NCBI GenBank assembly: GCA_050298055.1
Contig: JBNKTL010000040.1
Coordinates: forward strand, 1 to 46,341
Origin: Spirochaetota bacterium
GTDB lineage: Bacteria; Spirochaetota; UBA4802; UBA5550
DNA: 46,341 nt
Direction: 5' to 3'
The position numbers and the translations under genes are program-made. Under the pieces are notes generated by a model. The model searched no databases, was not told the origin of the DNA, and saw nothing but the letters and a program-made list of their open reading frames with translations. Every line of letters starts with the position of its first letter. Position 1 is the stretch's first letter. Below are positions 29,370 through 38,900 of the stretch, in pieces.

Positions 29370-31085
29370 TTAAGGTAAATTTGAGAGGTTCTTGACTGCC
29401 CTTTTGATCAGGGGGACGAGTTTGTTGTGGGCCTGTATGATACTTTTGTAGAAGATATCTTCCGCTTCTTTTCCGCTGATATCCTGCCTCAATACATAGG
29501 TTTCACTTTTTCTCAAATAGGGATTCAGGAGCTGCATCAGGTCATATTTTTCAATCAGTCCCGGAAGAGGGGAAGAGCTATCCCCATTAAGCCCCTTTTC
29601 GGCGCCCTTTTTCAGTTCTGCAAGCTGCTTCAGGGTGTTTTCAAGTCTTTGAATCATCTTCCGGGGAGCTTGAGTGCCGGGATTCTGACTGCATTCAGCT
29701 ATTATTTCATCGGGTGTTTTTTCTTTCACCGGTGTCTCTCCGGCTATGGTAAGGAGTTCTTTTTCGACGGTATTTCTTATCCTGGCGCCCCCTTCAGTTG
29801 CATTAATGATCTCCTGACTGACTTTTTGGGCCGAATCTTCAAACCAGCTCCTGTAAAGGTCAAGGACAAAGTCTGATATTATTGTTCCCCTGCCTCCAAA
29901 GGCGTCCACATACTTGATCTTTCTTTTTCGGATGACCCTCTGGTTTATGGTATCGAGGTTCAGGAACCTGTTGATCTTCCGGAGCCAGTCATCATTATGG
30001 TGGGTCCCGCTGCAATGTATCTCCCTACCGGTATATGCCAGGTCCTGACCCACAAGAATTATCGGATTACACCCCAGGTTCATCATCAGGTCGAATGCAC
30101 TGGTGGCAACAGACCCCCCGGACTGAATGTCTCCGATTGGCTGAATAGATTTTTCAAGCCAGTCCATAACAGGGGTTGTCTCTCTTACGCTTTCGTTCCG
30201 GGTATTTGTATAGTATTTAGATGTGGTGCTGATAAATTTTTTCCCGCCGTATATCCTGAGTATCGCGGGAGAGCTGACTATATCTGCCAGAAGAGCCGGG
30301 GAATGGCTCTTCAGTCCGAGGAAATGCTTCACGCTGTGCTTCTGCGCGTCCAGGGTCATGATAAAGTGGGGGATGACTCCCTCCTTTTCAAGGGCTTTTG
30401 CGGCAGTGTCAACAGAGAGGACCAGCGCCCTGTCTCTTATACTGTTCAAAAGATGCGCGTTCTTTTTCAGGGAGGGACCGGCTGATACAATGATGCCCGT
30501 GTATCCTTTGAATTTTCCGAAAAGATCCGCGGCAAGGCCGGAACCGTAGACATGGTGAAGATTGGTAAAAATATTTTCCACCCATCTCTCCTCAAATTCA
30601 AACCGGGTCAGGAGGTCGCTGACTTTTGATGATATATACTGCTTTATGTTGAGAGCTATGCTGTCATAGAATTCCCTGTTGATCATGTATGAGGGTTTGT
30701 GGAAATAATGTGATATGCCGCGAAACTCTGACATGTTTAACTCTTCAAAGATCATGGGGAGATCAGCTTCGCTGTTTATCACCTGGATACCGCCCAGAAC
30801 CCCGGGATTGACATCGGCTGCAAGGGCGATGACCTCTTTCTCTTTTTCAATGACAATGATCTGTGCGTCGGAGAATCTCTTCCGGAGTGCGCCAATGTGA
30901 TAGGCAAGTCCAAGGCCCGACACCAGGACCAGGGACGACCTCCCCCGTTTAAAGGAAGATACAGCCCTCTCGGATTCCTTGACCGGGTCATATGCAGAGT
31001 GGATCTTTATCTCACGGTCTCCGGAATAGATAAGGGTTTTACTTCCGGCAGGTGTTTCTTTGAGAAAGTATTTACCCAATTTCAA
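29370..31085 (-). CDS. Motility-associated factor (Maf/DUF115) flagellin glycosyltransferase family
   Basis: IHSAYDP..E, GLGLAYH, SAGPSL, GGSV, ILVGQDLAY, INATEGGA. Confidence 0.88.
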   Translation of the reverse strand: MKLGKYFLKETPAGSKTLIYSGDREIKIHSAYDPVKESERAVSSFKRGRSSLVLVSGLGLAYHIGALRKRFSDAQIIVIEKEKEVIALAADVNPGVLGGIQVINSEADLPMIFEELNMSEFRGISHYFHKPSYMINREFYDSIALNIKQYISSKVSDLLTRFEFEERWVENIFTNLHHVYGSGLAADLFGKFKGYTGIIVSAGPSLKKNAHLLNSIRDRALVLSVDTAAKALEKEGVIPHFIMTLDAQKHSVKHFLGLKSHSPALLADIVSSPAILRIYGGKKFISTTSKYYTNTRNESVRETTPVMDWLEKSIQPIGDIQSGGSVATSAFDLMMNLGCNPIILVGQDLAYTGREIHCSGTHHNDDWLRKINRFLNLDTINQRVIRKRKIKYVDAFGGRGTIISDFVLDLYRSWFEDSAQKVSQEIINATEGGARIRNTVEKELLTIAGETPVKEKTPDEIIAECSQNPGTQAPRKMIQRLENTLKQLAELKKGAEKGLNGDSSSPLPGLIEKYDLMQLLNPYLRKSETYVLRQDISGKEAEDIFYKSIIQAHNKLVPLIKRAVKNLSNLP

Positions 31086-32578
31086 GCTTCCTGACAGGTC
31101 CGGTTCTGTTTATCGAATGCATTTCTCACTTTTTCAAGGTATTTATTCTGCAGATCGGGGTCAGTGAGGCCAAATTTCTCAAGTATCTCATTTTCTATAT
31201 ACATAAAGCTGTATTTATCAGACTCTATTCCTGTTAACATATTTGCCAGGTAAACAAGTGAAATAATGTCTTCATGTTTTTTTCCCGCGCTGAGGGGGGA
31301 GTGGTGATTTTCAATTGCCATAATGAGATATTCGGGGAAATTCCACTTCTCTGCTGTGAGCCTGCCAATGGTGGTATGGCTGATGCCAAGAGTTACTTCT
31401 TCCAGTATTGTCGTGGTTATGATTTCCCTGTTTTTGATGATTTCCGCGATCATTTCAACAAGTTCTTTTTCAGTAGAGAGGAGTACAATCTTCCCGATAT
31501 CGTGAAGAAGGCCGGATATAAAAACCGTGTCGGCCAGGGAAGAGAATCCCCTGTCAGTTGCTATGAACCTTGCATAGAAAGCCACCTTGTTGCAGTGGTC
31601 CCAGACCTGTTCAAATTTTTTAAACCTCTCATCGAGGATCTTTCTTGATGAAGCAACAAAGAGGAGTGACTTAATATTTTTGAGGCCGACTCTCATGATT
31701 GCTTCATTGATTGTCTCGATTCTTTTACCCCCGTAAAAATCAGCTGAATTTGCCAGTTTGAGAAGTTCAGCTGTCAGCGAAGGATCGACACTTATTTTTG
31801 AGGCTACCGTGTCAATTGAAACATTCCTCTCTGAACAGAGTTCCTGTATCTTCATTATGTTTTCCGGAAATGTTGGCAGGGAATCAACCTCCTCAATTAT
31901 TTTCCTTTTAATTTCTGATGTTACTTCATCCTTTCTCAGGTTATCGGGGATGAATATTGAAGTGGATATTATTTTTTCCGTTTTGTGTATCCTGAACATC
32001 CCGGGATCGATTCCCGCGTTTCGGAGCAGAAAAACCACGAGGATGAGACCCAGGCCGGCACCCTCTGCGGGGTCGTAGAAGGAAGCGTAGGCATCGGAAA
32101 AATTATCGTACTCTGAAGCTTTCTCCTTTCTCTTTCTTATCCTCTCAAATTCAACGGGAAGGATATTGCAGTTATTTGCAATCTTTATATATGTTCCCCT
32201 GTCCTTTCTATAGAGGTAAAAGTTTATATAATATTCACTGTTTATAAGGTCGTTTTTAAAATCACCGAGGTTCTTCATGACCATGACCATGAATCTTCCC
32301 ATTCCTTCCGAGTAATCTTCAGGATTGTTTATATTGAGATTCTGCTTCTTGAAATAAATTCTTTTAACATTTGCTTTGATTGCATTGACTGTAAGTTCAC
32401 GCATTATTGTTATTATTGAATCAAGAAGAAAAACCCTGTCCTGTCGGGAGAGAATTTTTGCAATCAGCGAGTTTATTTTAATGAGGGTCTTTTCAGTGGG
32501 AAATTTGAATGACATTTTGATCTTTTTCCCACTGTTGTAACCCGTTATTATTTCAGAAAAGTTGACAGGTTTGCTCAT
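31082..32578 (-). CDS. HDOD-domain signalling protein with N-terminal HATPase-like domain
   Basis: RELTVNAIKAN, EGAGLGL; LPTFP, DPSLTAELLKLANSA, GLLHDIGK, WNFP, HH. Confidence 0.9.
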   Translation of the reverse strand: MSKPVNFSEIITGYNSGKKIKMSFKFPTEKTLIKINSLIAKILSRQDRVFLLDSIITIMRELTVNAIKANVKRIYFKKQNLNINNPEDYSEGMGRFMVMVMKNLGDFKNDLINSEYYINFYLYRKDRGTYIKIANNCNILPVEFERIRKRKEKASEYDNFSDAYASFYDPAEGAGLGLILVVFLLRNAGIDPGMFRIHKTEKIISTSIFIPDNLRKDEVTSEIKRKIIEEVDSLPTFPENIMKIQELCSERNVSIDTVASKISVDPSLTAELLKLANSADFYGGKRIETINEAIMRVGLKNIKSLLFVASSRKILDERFKKFEQVWDHCNKVAFYARFIATDRGFSSLADTVFISGLLHDIGKIVLLSTEKELVEMIAEIIKNREIITTTILEEVTLGISHTTIGRLTAEKWNFPEYLIMAIENHHSPLSAGKKHEDIISLVYLANMLTGIESDKYSFMYIENEILEKFGLTDPDLQNKYLEKVRNAFDKQNRTCQEA

Positions 32579-32607
32579 TCCGGTTTTTATAAATACATTT
32601 TTTTGGA

Positions 32608-32749
32608 GTAACTACTTAGCTGTATAGCTAAAATATACATATTTAATAAAATAACAGCCATATGTTCCCGCCGCCTTCGGCGGCGGGAACATATCAGTTA
32701 TCTTTTATTCATTAACATATCCAATTTATATACATAGCTGAGTAGTAAC
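32608..32749. mobile_element. MITE-like element, copy E
   Basis: GTAACTACTTAGCT...AGCTGAGTAGTAAC; hairpin ATATGTTCCCGCCGCC-TTC-GGCGGCGGGAACATAT (32660-32694). Confidence 0.88.
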
Positions 32750-32764
32750 TATAAGGATTAATCT

Positions 32765-32793
32765 AGTATTTTTTAAAAGAGAAAAGTAGTCAA
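32765..32793 (-). promoter_or_regulatory. Sigma70-type promoter for the HDOD-maf operon
   Basis: TTGACT-N17-AATACT on the minus strand. Confidence 0.55.
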
Positions 32794-32837
32794 TATAAAT
32801 TAAAGATTTTTTACGGGATTAGGGGAGGGAATTTTTT

Positions 32838-34928
32838 TCATTCATTTTCAGAGATAAGTTTTGAAAATGCCGCAAGGGCCCCCGCATAGCCTGTTTCATC
32901 AACGTTTGTCCGGTTTTCTCTCAAAAGTTCACTATCACTCCTGATATCAACTATTTCTATTTTAATATTGTTTTTCTCCGCGAACCGGAAAAGCTGTTTT
33001 ACCGGATCTGAAAATTCGAACCGGGGAGAGATTATGCACCGGTTAACCTCCACTCTTCGCATAATATAGCAGTAGGAGCGGGCATTGTTAAAGTCGGGAT
33101 CGGTTATGATAAGGCTTATTCTTTCACTGCTCTGTTCATCTATCTTCCTGATAATGATCTGTGCTGTTTTGATATCGGGGATTTTGCCCATAAGGAACCT
33201 GCTGCTCCCGTTGTTTATGAGGAGTGATCTCTTCCCGCGACTTTCAAAGAGTGTAAATTTTCTTCTGCTGTCTGAATGTTCCCGGGAGAGATTGTACCAG
33301 ACCGAAAAAATACATATAACAAGAGGAATGGCGAACAGGTTCTTTCTCTTTACAAGGGGATAGAGAATCAAAGTCGTTATAATGCAGATAAGAAGCGGGA
33401 TGGTCTTTTCGGGTCCCGCAGCGAAGTTGCCGTTGAGATGGGAGATGAGATCAATAAACCCGTGAATGAGTGTATATATGCCGTCTGTCACCCTGCCCAG
33501 AAAAATCCCTGCATCCAGCGCTGCAAGTGAAGCAAGACCCGAGAGCAGGGACATAACCATGAGCAGTGAAACGGCAGGGATAACTGCAATATTGGAAAAT
33601 ATCCCCGTAAAATTTATATTTTCCATATGATACGCAACCAGCGGCAGGACAAATGCCTGGGCGGAGAGCGTAACGGAAACCGAGGCCCCGATGAAGCCGG
33701 GGAGAAATGAGAATATCTCCCTGAAGATTCTGTAAAAGATAATAATGCCGAGAGTTGCGCCGAAGCTCAGCTGAAAACCGGGAGTATAAAGCTCTTCCGG
33801 TGCCGCCACCACTACTGTCAATGCGGTAAGAAAGATGATATTTACCATGTTTTTCTCCAGACCGGAAAGAAAAAGCAGTGTGGTCATTGCGAACATTATT
33901 GAGGCCCTCAGCAGTGAGACAGGCATCCCGGTTATGAAGAGATAGAGTATCAGAAGCGCGGAGGTTGCGATGAATATTATCTTCCTGTGGACCCTGAATG
34001 CCCCCAGGAGAAGCAGGGGGATTGATGCCAGTATCCCCACATGAAGGCCGCTGGCAGCAAGTACGTGCAGGACTCCCGCTTTCATGAAGCTTTTTCCGGT
34101 TTTCCTGCTGATATGCTTTCTCTCTCCGAAGAAAAGCGCTTTTACCAGGGATGATGTTTTTCCCGGGAAGAGAAGGTCTATCCTCTTCGAAAGAAGTCCC
34201 CTGATGCGGGACCTTTTTCCGGGGGTTCCTGTTCCCTCTATTCTTGCCGTTCCGGTAACGGGGAGAAGCCTGTAATGAATTCCCTGCCTGAGTAGATTCA
34301 TCGTGGAGGAGGTCTCCCGGCCGGAACCGATTTTTTTTATCCTGCATTTCATTGTGATCCTTTCCCCTTCATTGAATTCAGGATTCTCCTGCAGGTAAAG
34401 ATGACCTTTTAAGAGCGGATTCTTCTCACCCCTTTCGGTCACACTGTTCAGGACCCTGAAATCCAGTCTTATCTCCGTGCCATACCTCTTCTCCTTCAAC
34501 TCTGTAATTTTTCCGCTTATTGTAAACAGGGAATTGTCCAGGGGGGAAACACAGAGGAGCTCACGTGACCTTTTTTCTATTCTGCTTATCATACCGGCCG
34601 CAATGATACAGGCCAGTATAATGAGTATTGCCAGCTTGATAACTGAAGTGTGTGGCAGCTTCTCTTTGCCGGTATCCTTTTGGGAGGGCCTGGTTCTGAT
34701 TCTGTTCCCGTATATAAAGGGAAGAAGAATCGCTGCCAAAGCAAAGAGGATTATTCCGGTTGATAAACCTGAAATTTTGAACAGATAAGACGGGTCCCTC
34801 ATGAAAGTATAATCGGAGTTTCTTCCGGTAAAGAGGGCAAACCCCAGATGGGCGGACGCTGCTGCCACCAGGAAAAGAAAAAGAGAGGGATTTAAGATTT
34901 TTCTGAGTGCTTTCCTATAATCTTCCAA
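32838..34928 (-). CDS. comEC: ComEC/Rec2 competence protein (start uncertain)
   Basis: AGVLHVLAASGLHVG, SLLRA, GFQLSF, multiple TM segments. Confidence 0.88.
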   Translation of the reverse strand: MEDYRKALRKILNPSLFLFLVAAASAHLGFALFTGRNSDYTFMRDPSYLFKISGLSTGIILFALAAILLPFIYGNRIRTRPSQKDTGKEKLPHTSVIKLAILIILACIIAAGMISRIEKRSRELLCVSPLDNSLFTISGKITELKEKRYGTEIRLDFRVLNSVTERGEKNPLLKGHLYLQENPEFNEGERITMKCRIKKIGSGRETSSTMNLLRQGIHYRLLPVTGTARIEGTGTPGKRSRIRGLLSKRIDLLFPGKTSSLVKALFFGERKHISRKTGKSFMKAGVLHVLAASGLHVGILASIPLLLLGAFRVHRKIIFIATSALLILYLFITGMPVSLLRASIMFAMTTLLFLSGLEKNMVNIIFLTALTVVVAAPEELYTPGFQLSFGATLGIIIFYRIFREIFSFLPGFIGASVSVTLSAQAFVLPLVAYHMENINFTGIFSNIAVIPAVSLLMVMSLLSGLASLAALDAGIFLGRVTDGIYTLIHGFIDLISHLNGNFAAGPEKTIPLLICIITTLILYPLVKRKNLFAIPLVICIFSVWYNLSREHSDSRRKFTLFESRGKRSLLINNGSSRFLMGKIPDIKTAQIIIRKIDEQSSERISLIITDPDFNNARSYCYIMRRVEVNRCIISPRFEFSDPVKQLFRFAEKNNIKIEIVDIRSDSELLRENRTNVDETGYAGALAAFSKLISENE

Positions 34929-35514
34929 CTTTAAATATGATCCCCAGTGATGCTCCATATGAGAGCTTTGTAGATTCCTCGCCTTTTCCGTAAGCTCCGT
35001 ATTTGCCTATAAAGTCAAAGAGAAGCTTTGTGTCAAAACCGAGGTTGAGGACCATGCCAAGGGGCAGCCAGAAACCGGGACTTCCATCGTATCCCCCTGT
35101 TGAAGGAGGGGAGTCGTAATAGAGTCCGGGTCCTGATGAGAGTGCGATCTTTGTATTTAATTGATAAACATATCTTCCTGCCATGGCAAGATAGAGATGC
35201 TGCAGATTTTCATTGTCATTCATGTTATAATGATACTGTAACCTGAAATCCCCTGCAATATTCTTTATATAAATGTTGAAAAGGAAACCTCCCGAAAAAT
35301 ATGATCCGGAGATATCCTCGCTTCCTTCTGAGCCGTTTATCCAGTCATTGTATGTTATTGAGTTCATGCCTCCGCTGACAATAAGCCCCAGGTACGTGTA
35401 ATAGAGTTCCGATGTTTTTTTATATGTCTGGGCATGGGCTGTGTTTGCCGCTGCGGAAAGCAGGCAGATAAAGCAAATGAGAGTGATAAATCTGTATTCG
35501 GCTCTTTTTTTCAT
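34915..35514 (-). CDS. Outer-membrane beta-barrel-like protein
   Basis: Signal peptide ending AHA; alternating amphipathic Gly/aromatic strands. Confidence 0.65.
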   Translation of the reverse strand: MKKRAEYRFITLICFICLLSAAANTAHAQTYKKTSELYYTYLGLIVSGGMNSITYNDWINGSEGSEDISGSYFSGGFLFNIYIKNIAGDFRLQYHYNMNDNENLQHLYLAMAGRYVYQLNTKIALSSGPGLYYDSPPSTGGYDGSPGFWLPLGMVLNLGFDTKLLFDFIGKYGAYGKGEESTKLSYGASLGIIFKVGRL

Positions 35515-35515
35515 A

Positions 35516-36124
35516 TTACCTGATATTCAACGGGTTATTGACAACCTGCGCATTTGGGGGTACTGTAAATTCGAACATGCTTTTCATCACACTTGCATGA
35601 GTGTCTATGTTTGAAAGCGAAAAGTTGATTGAGCCTCCGTCTTTATTCTTCATTATGATTTTTTTAAGAAAAAAGGTTGAGTCGAGCATCAGTGTAATCT
35701 GTGAATAACTCTTTTCGCTGCTTTTCAGTTTCAGGGTATACCCCTTGGAGCTCTGTGATGTAACAATGGCCATATATCCGTTTGTCAGGCCTGCAATTCC
35801 CCCTGAAAGGGATGAACCGAGTTCCTGTATTCCGCAAATATTGCTTCCCTTGTTATATGCCCAGAGTTTTTTCCCGTTTGTAATAATCAGTTTTCCCTTG
35901 GGGTTGCTGAATTTCATATAGATTTTACCGGGATTAAGGTATTTGAAGCTTGCGGTGCTTGCCTGTCCGTCGCCCGCAGACCAGGAAATGATCCCTGTCA
36001 TTTTGGATATCCCGAGCATCCTGCTCCTGAATCTCTGCAGTGCCTGTTCCCCGGTAATGGCATAGGAATATGTTGTGGTAAAGAACAGTGCCAGGGTAAT
36101 GTATATCTTTATTCTCTTTTTCAT
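35516..36124 (-). CDS. lolA: Outer-membrane lipoprotein carrier LolA-family protein
   Basis: Signal peptide; PGKIYMKFSNP...ITNGKKLWAY; FEFTVPPNAQVV. Confidence 0.75.
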   Translation of the reverse strand: MKKRIKIYITLALFFTTTYSYAITGEQALQRFRSRMLGISKMTGIISWSAGDGQASTASFKYLNPGKIYMKFSNPKGKLIITNGKKLWAYNKGSNICGIQELGSSLSGGIAGLTNGYMAIVTSQSSKGYTLKLKSSEKSYSQITLMLDSTFFLKKIIMKNKDGGSINFSLSNIDTHASVMKSMFEFTVPPNAQVVNNPLNIR

Positions 36125-36265
36125 TATATTCTACCTTATATTATTATACTCATGATATGTGCAAATTGTTAAAAGTTTTTTTTATTTTTTTCCATTTGCC
36201 GGTGATTTCAGCCAAAATATCTCATAGATTCAGGGTGTCAATTATTTTGAAACGGGAGGACCGTA

Positions 36266-37099
36266 TCATTTCCCCAGCTCCTTCCTGCAGGAAACATCCA
36301 CAAAGAGAGACGCAATCTGGTTCTCCCGGGGACAGTATGCCGATATCTCGAACCATTTCTTAAAGGGAGCCGCATAGTTCTCAAATCGAATACTCTCTCC
36401 GGAAAATGCCACATCCCTGAAAGTCGCAATCCAGTAATCTTCAATATCAGGAAGAACCTCTTTTAGTGTTTTCCCGATAATATTATTGCCAAGACCTGTG
36501 AGTTCCCCGAATGCCGGGTTGATTTCAAGAAACCTGAAGTCAACAGGATTACCCTTTTCATCCGGTATTATTTCAAACAGGGCATATCCGTCAATCATCA
36601 TATTGAAAATATTCTGGTATTTTTTTTCACTGTTTATAAGCTCATTTTGTGCGGTGAGCAGTTCCTTATTTTTAGCTTCAAGTTCCTTCAGTGCGCTCTT
36701 CAGTTTCTCCTCCATTTCATATTTGTGGAGGACAATATCAATTGTTGACCTGAGCTCGTTATAGTTAACAGGTTTCAGAATGTATCCGTGGGGTTCGGTC
36801 GCTTTAGCCCGTGAAAGTGTTTTCTCATCGGAGTGGGCGGTCATGTAGATGACCGGTATATTCCGGGTCTGCTTGATCTCAACAACCGCGTCGATCCCGT
36901 CAATTTCACCATCCAGGATAATATCGATCAGTATCAGGTCGGGATGCTTTTCCCCGGCAAATTTTACCGCTTCCTCCGCAGACGATGCGAGACCGCAGAT
37001 CTCGTATCCCAGGTTTTCCAGGAGGTTTCTGATGTTCATGGCAATAATGGCTTCGTCTTCAACAATCAGTATCTGTTTTTTCTTTATTATATTTACCAC
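36266..37099 (-). CDS. Response regulator receiver + PAS domain protein
   Basis: ILIVEDE, PDLILID, YMTA, GYILKP; DFRFLEINPAF PAS; no output domain. Confidence 0.85.
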   Translation of the reverse strand: MVNIIKKKQILIVEDEAIIAMNIRNLLENLGYEICGLASSAEEAVKFAGEKHPDLILIDIILDGEIDGIDAVVEIKQTRNIPVIYMTAHSDEKTLSRAKATEPHGYILKPVNYNELRSTIDIVLHKYEMEEKLKSALKELEAKNKELLTAQNELINSEKKYQNIFNMMIDGYALFEIIPDEKGNPVDFRFLEINPAFGELTGLGNNIIGKTLKEVLPDIEDYWIATFRDVAFSGESIRFENYAAPFKKWFEISAYCPRENQIASLFVDVSCRKELGK

Positions 37100-37321
37100 T
37101 TTTACATCTGCCGATGGGAAGATAATTAAATATGCTTTCTAAGGAATTCTTCTGGTCAAATTTATTATAGGGGGAAATCAGTAGTATGGCAAATAAAAAA
37201 AGTAGACTCTTTCCGGAAACTTGGGAAAAGATTTTTAGACAGGATTTACTGGATGGATAAAGAATTAAGAAGTTTAAAATCCCAACATTCCGGAATGAGG
37301 AAAAAATAAAAAGATAACTGA

Positions 37322-37348
37322 AAGGGGAGCGCTCCGGGCACTCCCCTT
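37322..37348 (-). terminator. Intrinsic terminator of the DUF1566 gene
   Basis: Minus strand AAGGGGAGTGC-CCGGA-GCGCTCCCCTT followed by a T-rich tract. Confidence 0.7.
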
Positions 37349-37397
37349 ATTGAAAATAATGATTTATCCGCTCCTACAGAAAAAATGAGCCGGTTAT

Positions 37398-38768
37398 CTA
37401 ATTGGCGTCCCGTACGCACCTCACATAGTTATAGCCTGCCCTGAGAATATCTCCCTGGGGGCCGGATGTGTATACATATGTATTTGTATTGCCAGGGGGG
37501 ATTAATGCACCAAAATCTGAATTTACATCTCCTGTAGTGTATGTAGTGGGAGAACTGGCGGTTTGTCCGGCCACAGTCTTATAGTCACTCCTCTGCGCTC
37601 CCGCGCCATGAACATCGTCGAAGCCGGTAATATATCCCATGCCCCTTCCGAAGGTGATATATGCCCCCTTTTTGCCGGTGCCAAGATAATTTAACAGGGC
37701 AGTGCTGCTCCAGTAGTATGCATAATCAGTATCACCGTTCTCATTGGTCAGGCTGGCAGTGTTAAAATAGCTTGCGTTGATTGCCGCGCTGGATGTTTCA
37801 CCCGGTGATTTTGTATAATCGATGATGCTCTGGAGCTCCTTAATATTGGGAAGCCTCCAGTCGGAATGGCCGCCGGTAGTGGTATCACTTTCACACTGGG
37901 AGATGGCGTCGGTGAAATCACTGGCGGCGCTGTCGTTTTGCCACCACATCAGGTTTGTTGCGCTGTCAGTTACCGTTGAATCTCCGTTATCGGTAAAGCT
38001 GTTTGTGCCGTAATCGGAGTTGTCCCTTACGCATCTCACATAGTAAGTCGCGCCGGTGACATCTGATTCATAGGACTTGAGGTGTCCGTCCACAAAGTTC
38101 AGTCCAAAGAACGCGTTTTCCAATGAATTTGTAATTCCTGACATTATCTGGGATGGATTCGTGGTAGTGGAGGCATACTGGCCGTCTATTATTCTTTCCC
38201 CGGCGTCAGTGTCACCGTAACCAACATCAAAATAATCGGTGTCTATAAAAGGATCATACCCGGTTGTGTCTACAGAGGTGCCGTTTGTTGTAGCCCCCGG
38301 GATGCCGCTTAAGTCCTGTCCGCTCATTAAATAAATGGAATAGAGTTCTTTTACTGAAGGAAGTCTCCAGTCGGAATATGTTCCATAGGTCAATTCATCG
38401 CAGTATGTTACCGCCTCGTCACGGGTCATTTTATCATCATCATTAAGTCCGTCAACACCGTCAGTGTCGCTGCTGGCCTGCCACATGAGCCCGGTGTTGT
38501 TGTCTACAACAACGGTCCCGCTGTTGCATGAGCTGTAGCTCGGCTGGTTCCCGCTGTATGCCCCATCCTGTCCTGTCCCCGAGCAGGTCACACTGCTTCC
38601 GGTAGTGGCATCATAACAGAGAGTCTGGTTTGTGTCCACTATTGTATAGGTATACGTGGGAGTCACTTCCACACAATCGGAGGTTTCTGTTGAACTGTCA
38701 TCTGAGCATCCTGTTCCTATTAAGAGTGCCATTGTAAGAGTAAAAATCGTTAATCGTAACATACTCAT
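37398..38768 (-). CDS. DUF1566 (Lcl C-terminal) double-domain lipoprotein
   Basis: Lipobox GTGC; two D..T.LMW...DWRLP..KEL...VRCVR domains. Confidence 0.9.
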   Translation of the reverse strand: MSMLRLTIFTLTMALLIGTGCSDDSSTETSDCVEVTPTYTYTIVDTNQTLCYDATTGSSVTCSGTGQDGAYSGNQPSYSSCNSGTVVVDNNTGLMWQASSDTDGVDGLNDDDKMTRDEAVTYCDELTYGTYSDWRLPSVKELYSIYLMSGQDLSGIPGATTNGTSVDTTGYDPFIDTDYFDVGYGDTDAGERIIDGQYASTTTNPSQIMSGITNSLENAFFGLNFVDGHLKSYESDVTGATYYVRCVRDNSDYGTNSFTDNGDSTVTDSATNLMWWQNDSAASDFTDAISQCESDTTTGGHSDWRLPNIKELQSIIDYTKSPGETSSAAINASYFNTASLTNENGDTDYAYYWSSTALLNYLGTGKKGAYITFGRGMGYITGFDDVHGAGAQRSDYKTVAGQTASSPTTYTTGDVNSDFGALIPPGNTNTYVYTSGPQGDILRAGYNYVRCVRDAN

Positions 38769-38900
38769 CCTTATAACTCCTGTTTCTCAATATTGAATAT
38801 AATAGATTAGATTAAAAAATTAATCAACTTCAACTACTTATTAACAATATAGGAGCATTTTGGGTCCCTGTCGACTCAACCGCTAAATCGATACGATTTT

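Noticed and set aside
37398..38768. DUF1566 gene as the target of a diversity-generating retroelement
   Set aside because: No reverse transcriptase and no template repeat differing at adenines in the window; a remote DGR cannot be excluded.
38831..38850. CAACTACTTATTAACAATAT as a further element remnant
   Set aside because: Too short and AT-rich to distinguish from chance.
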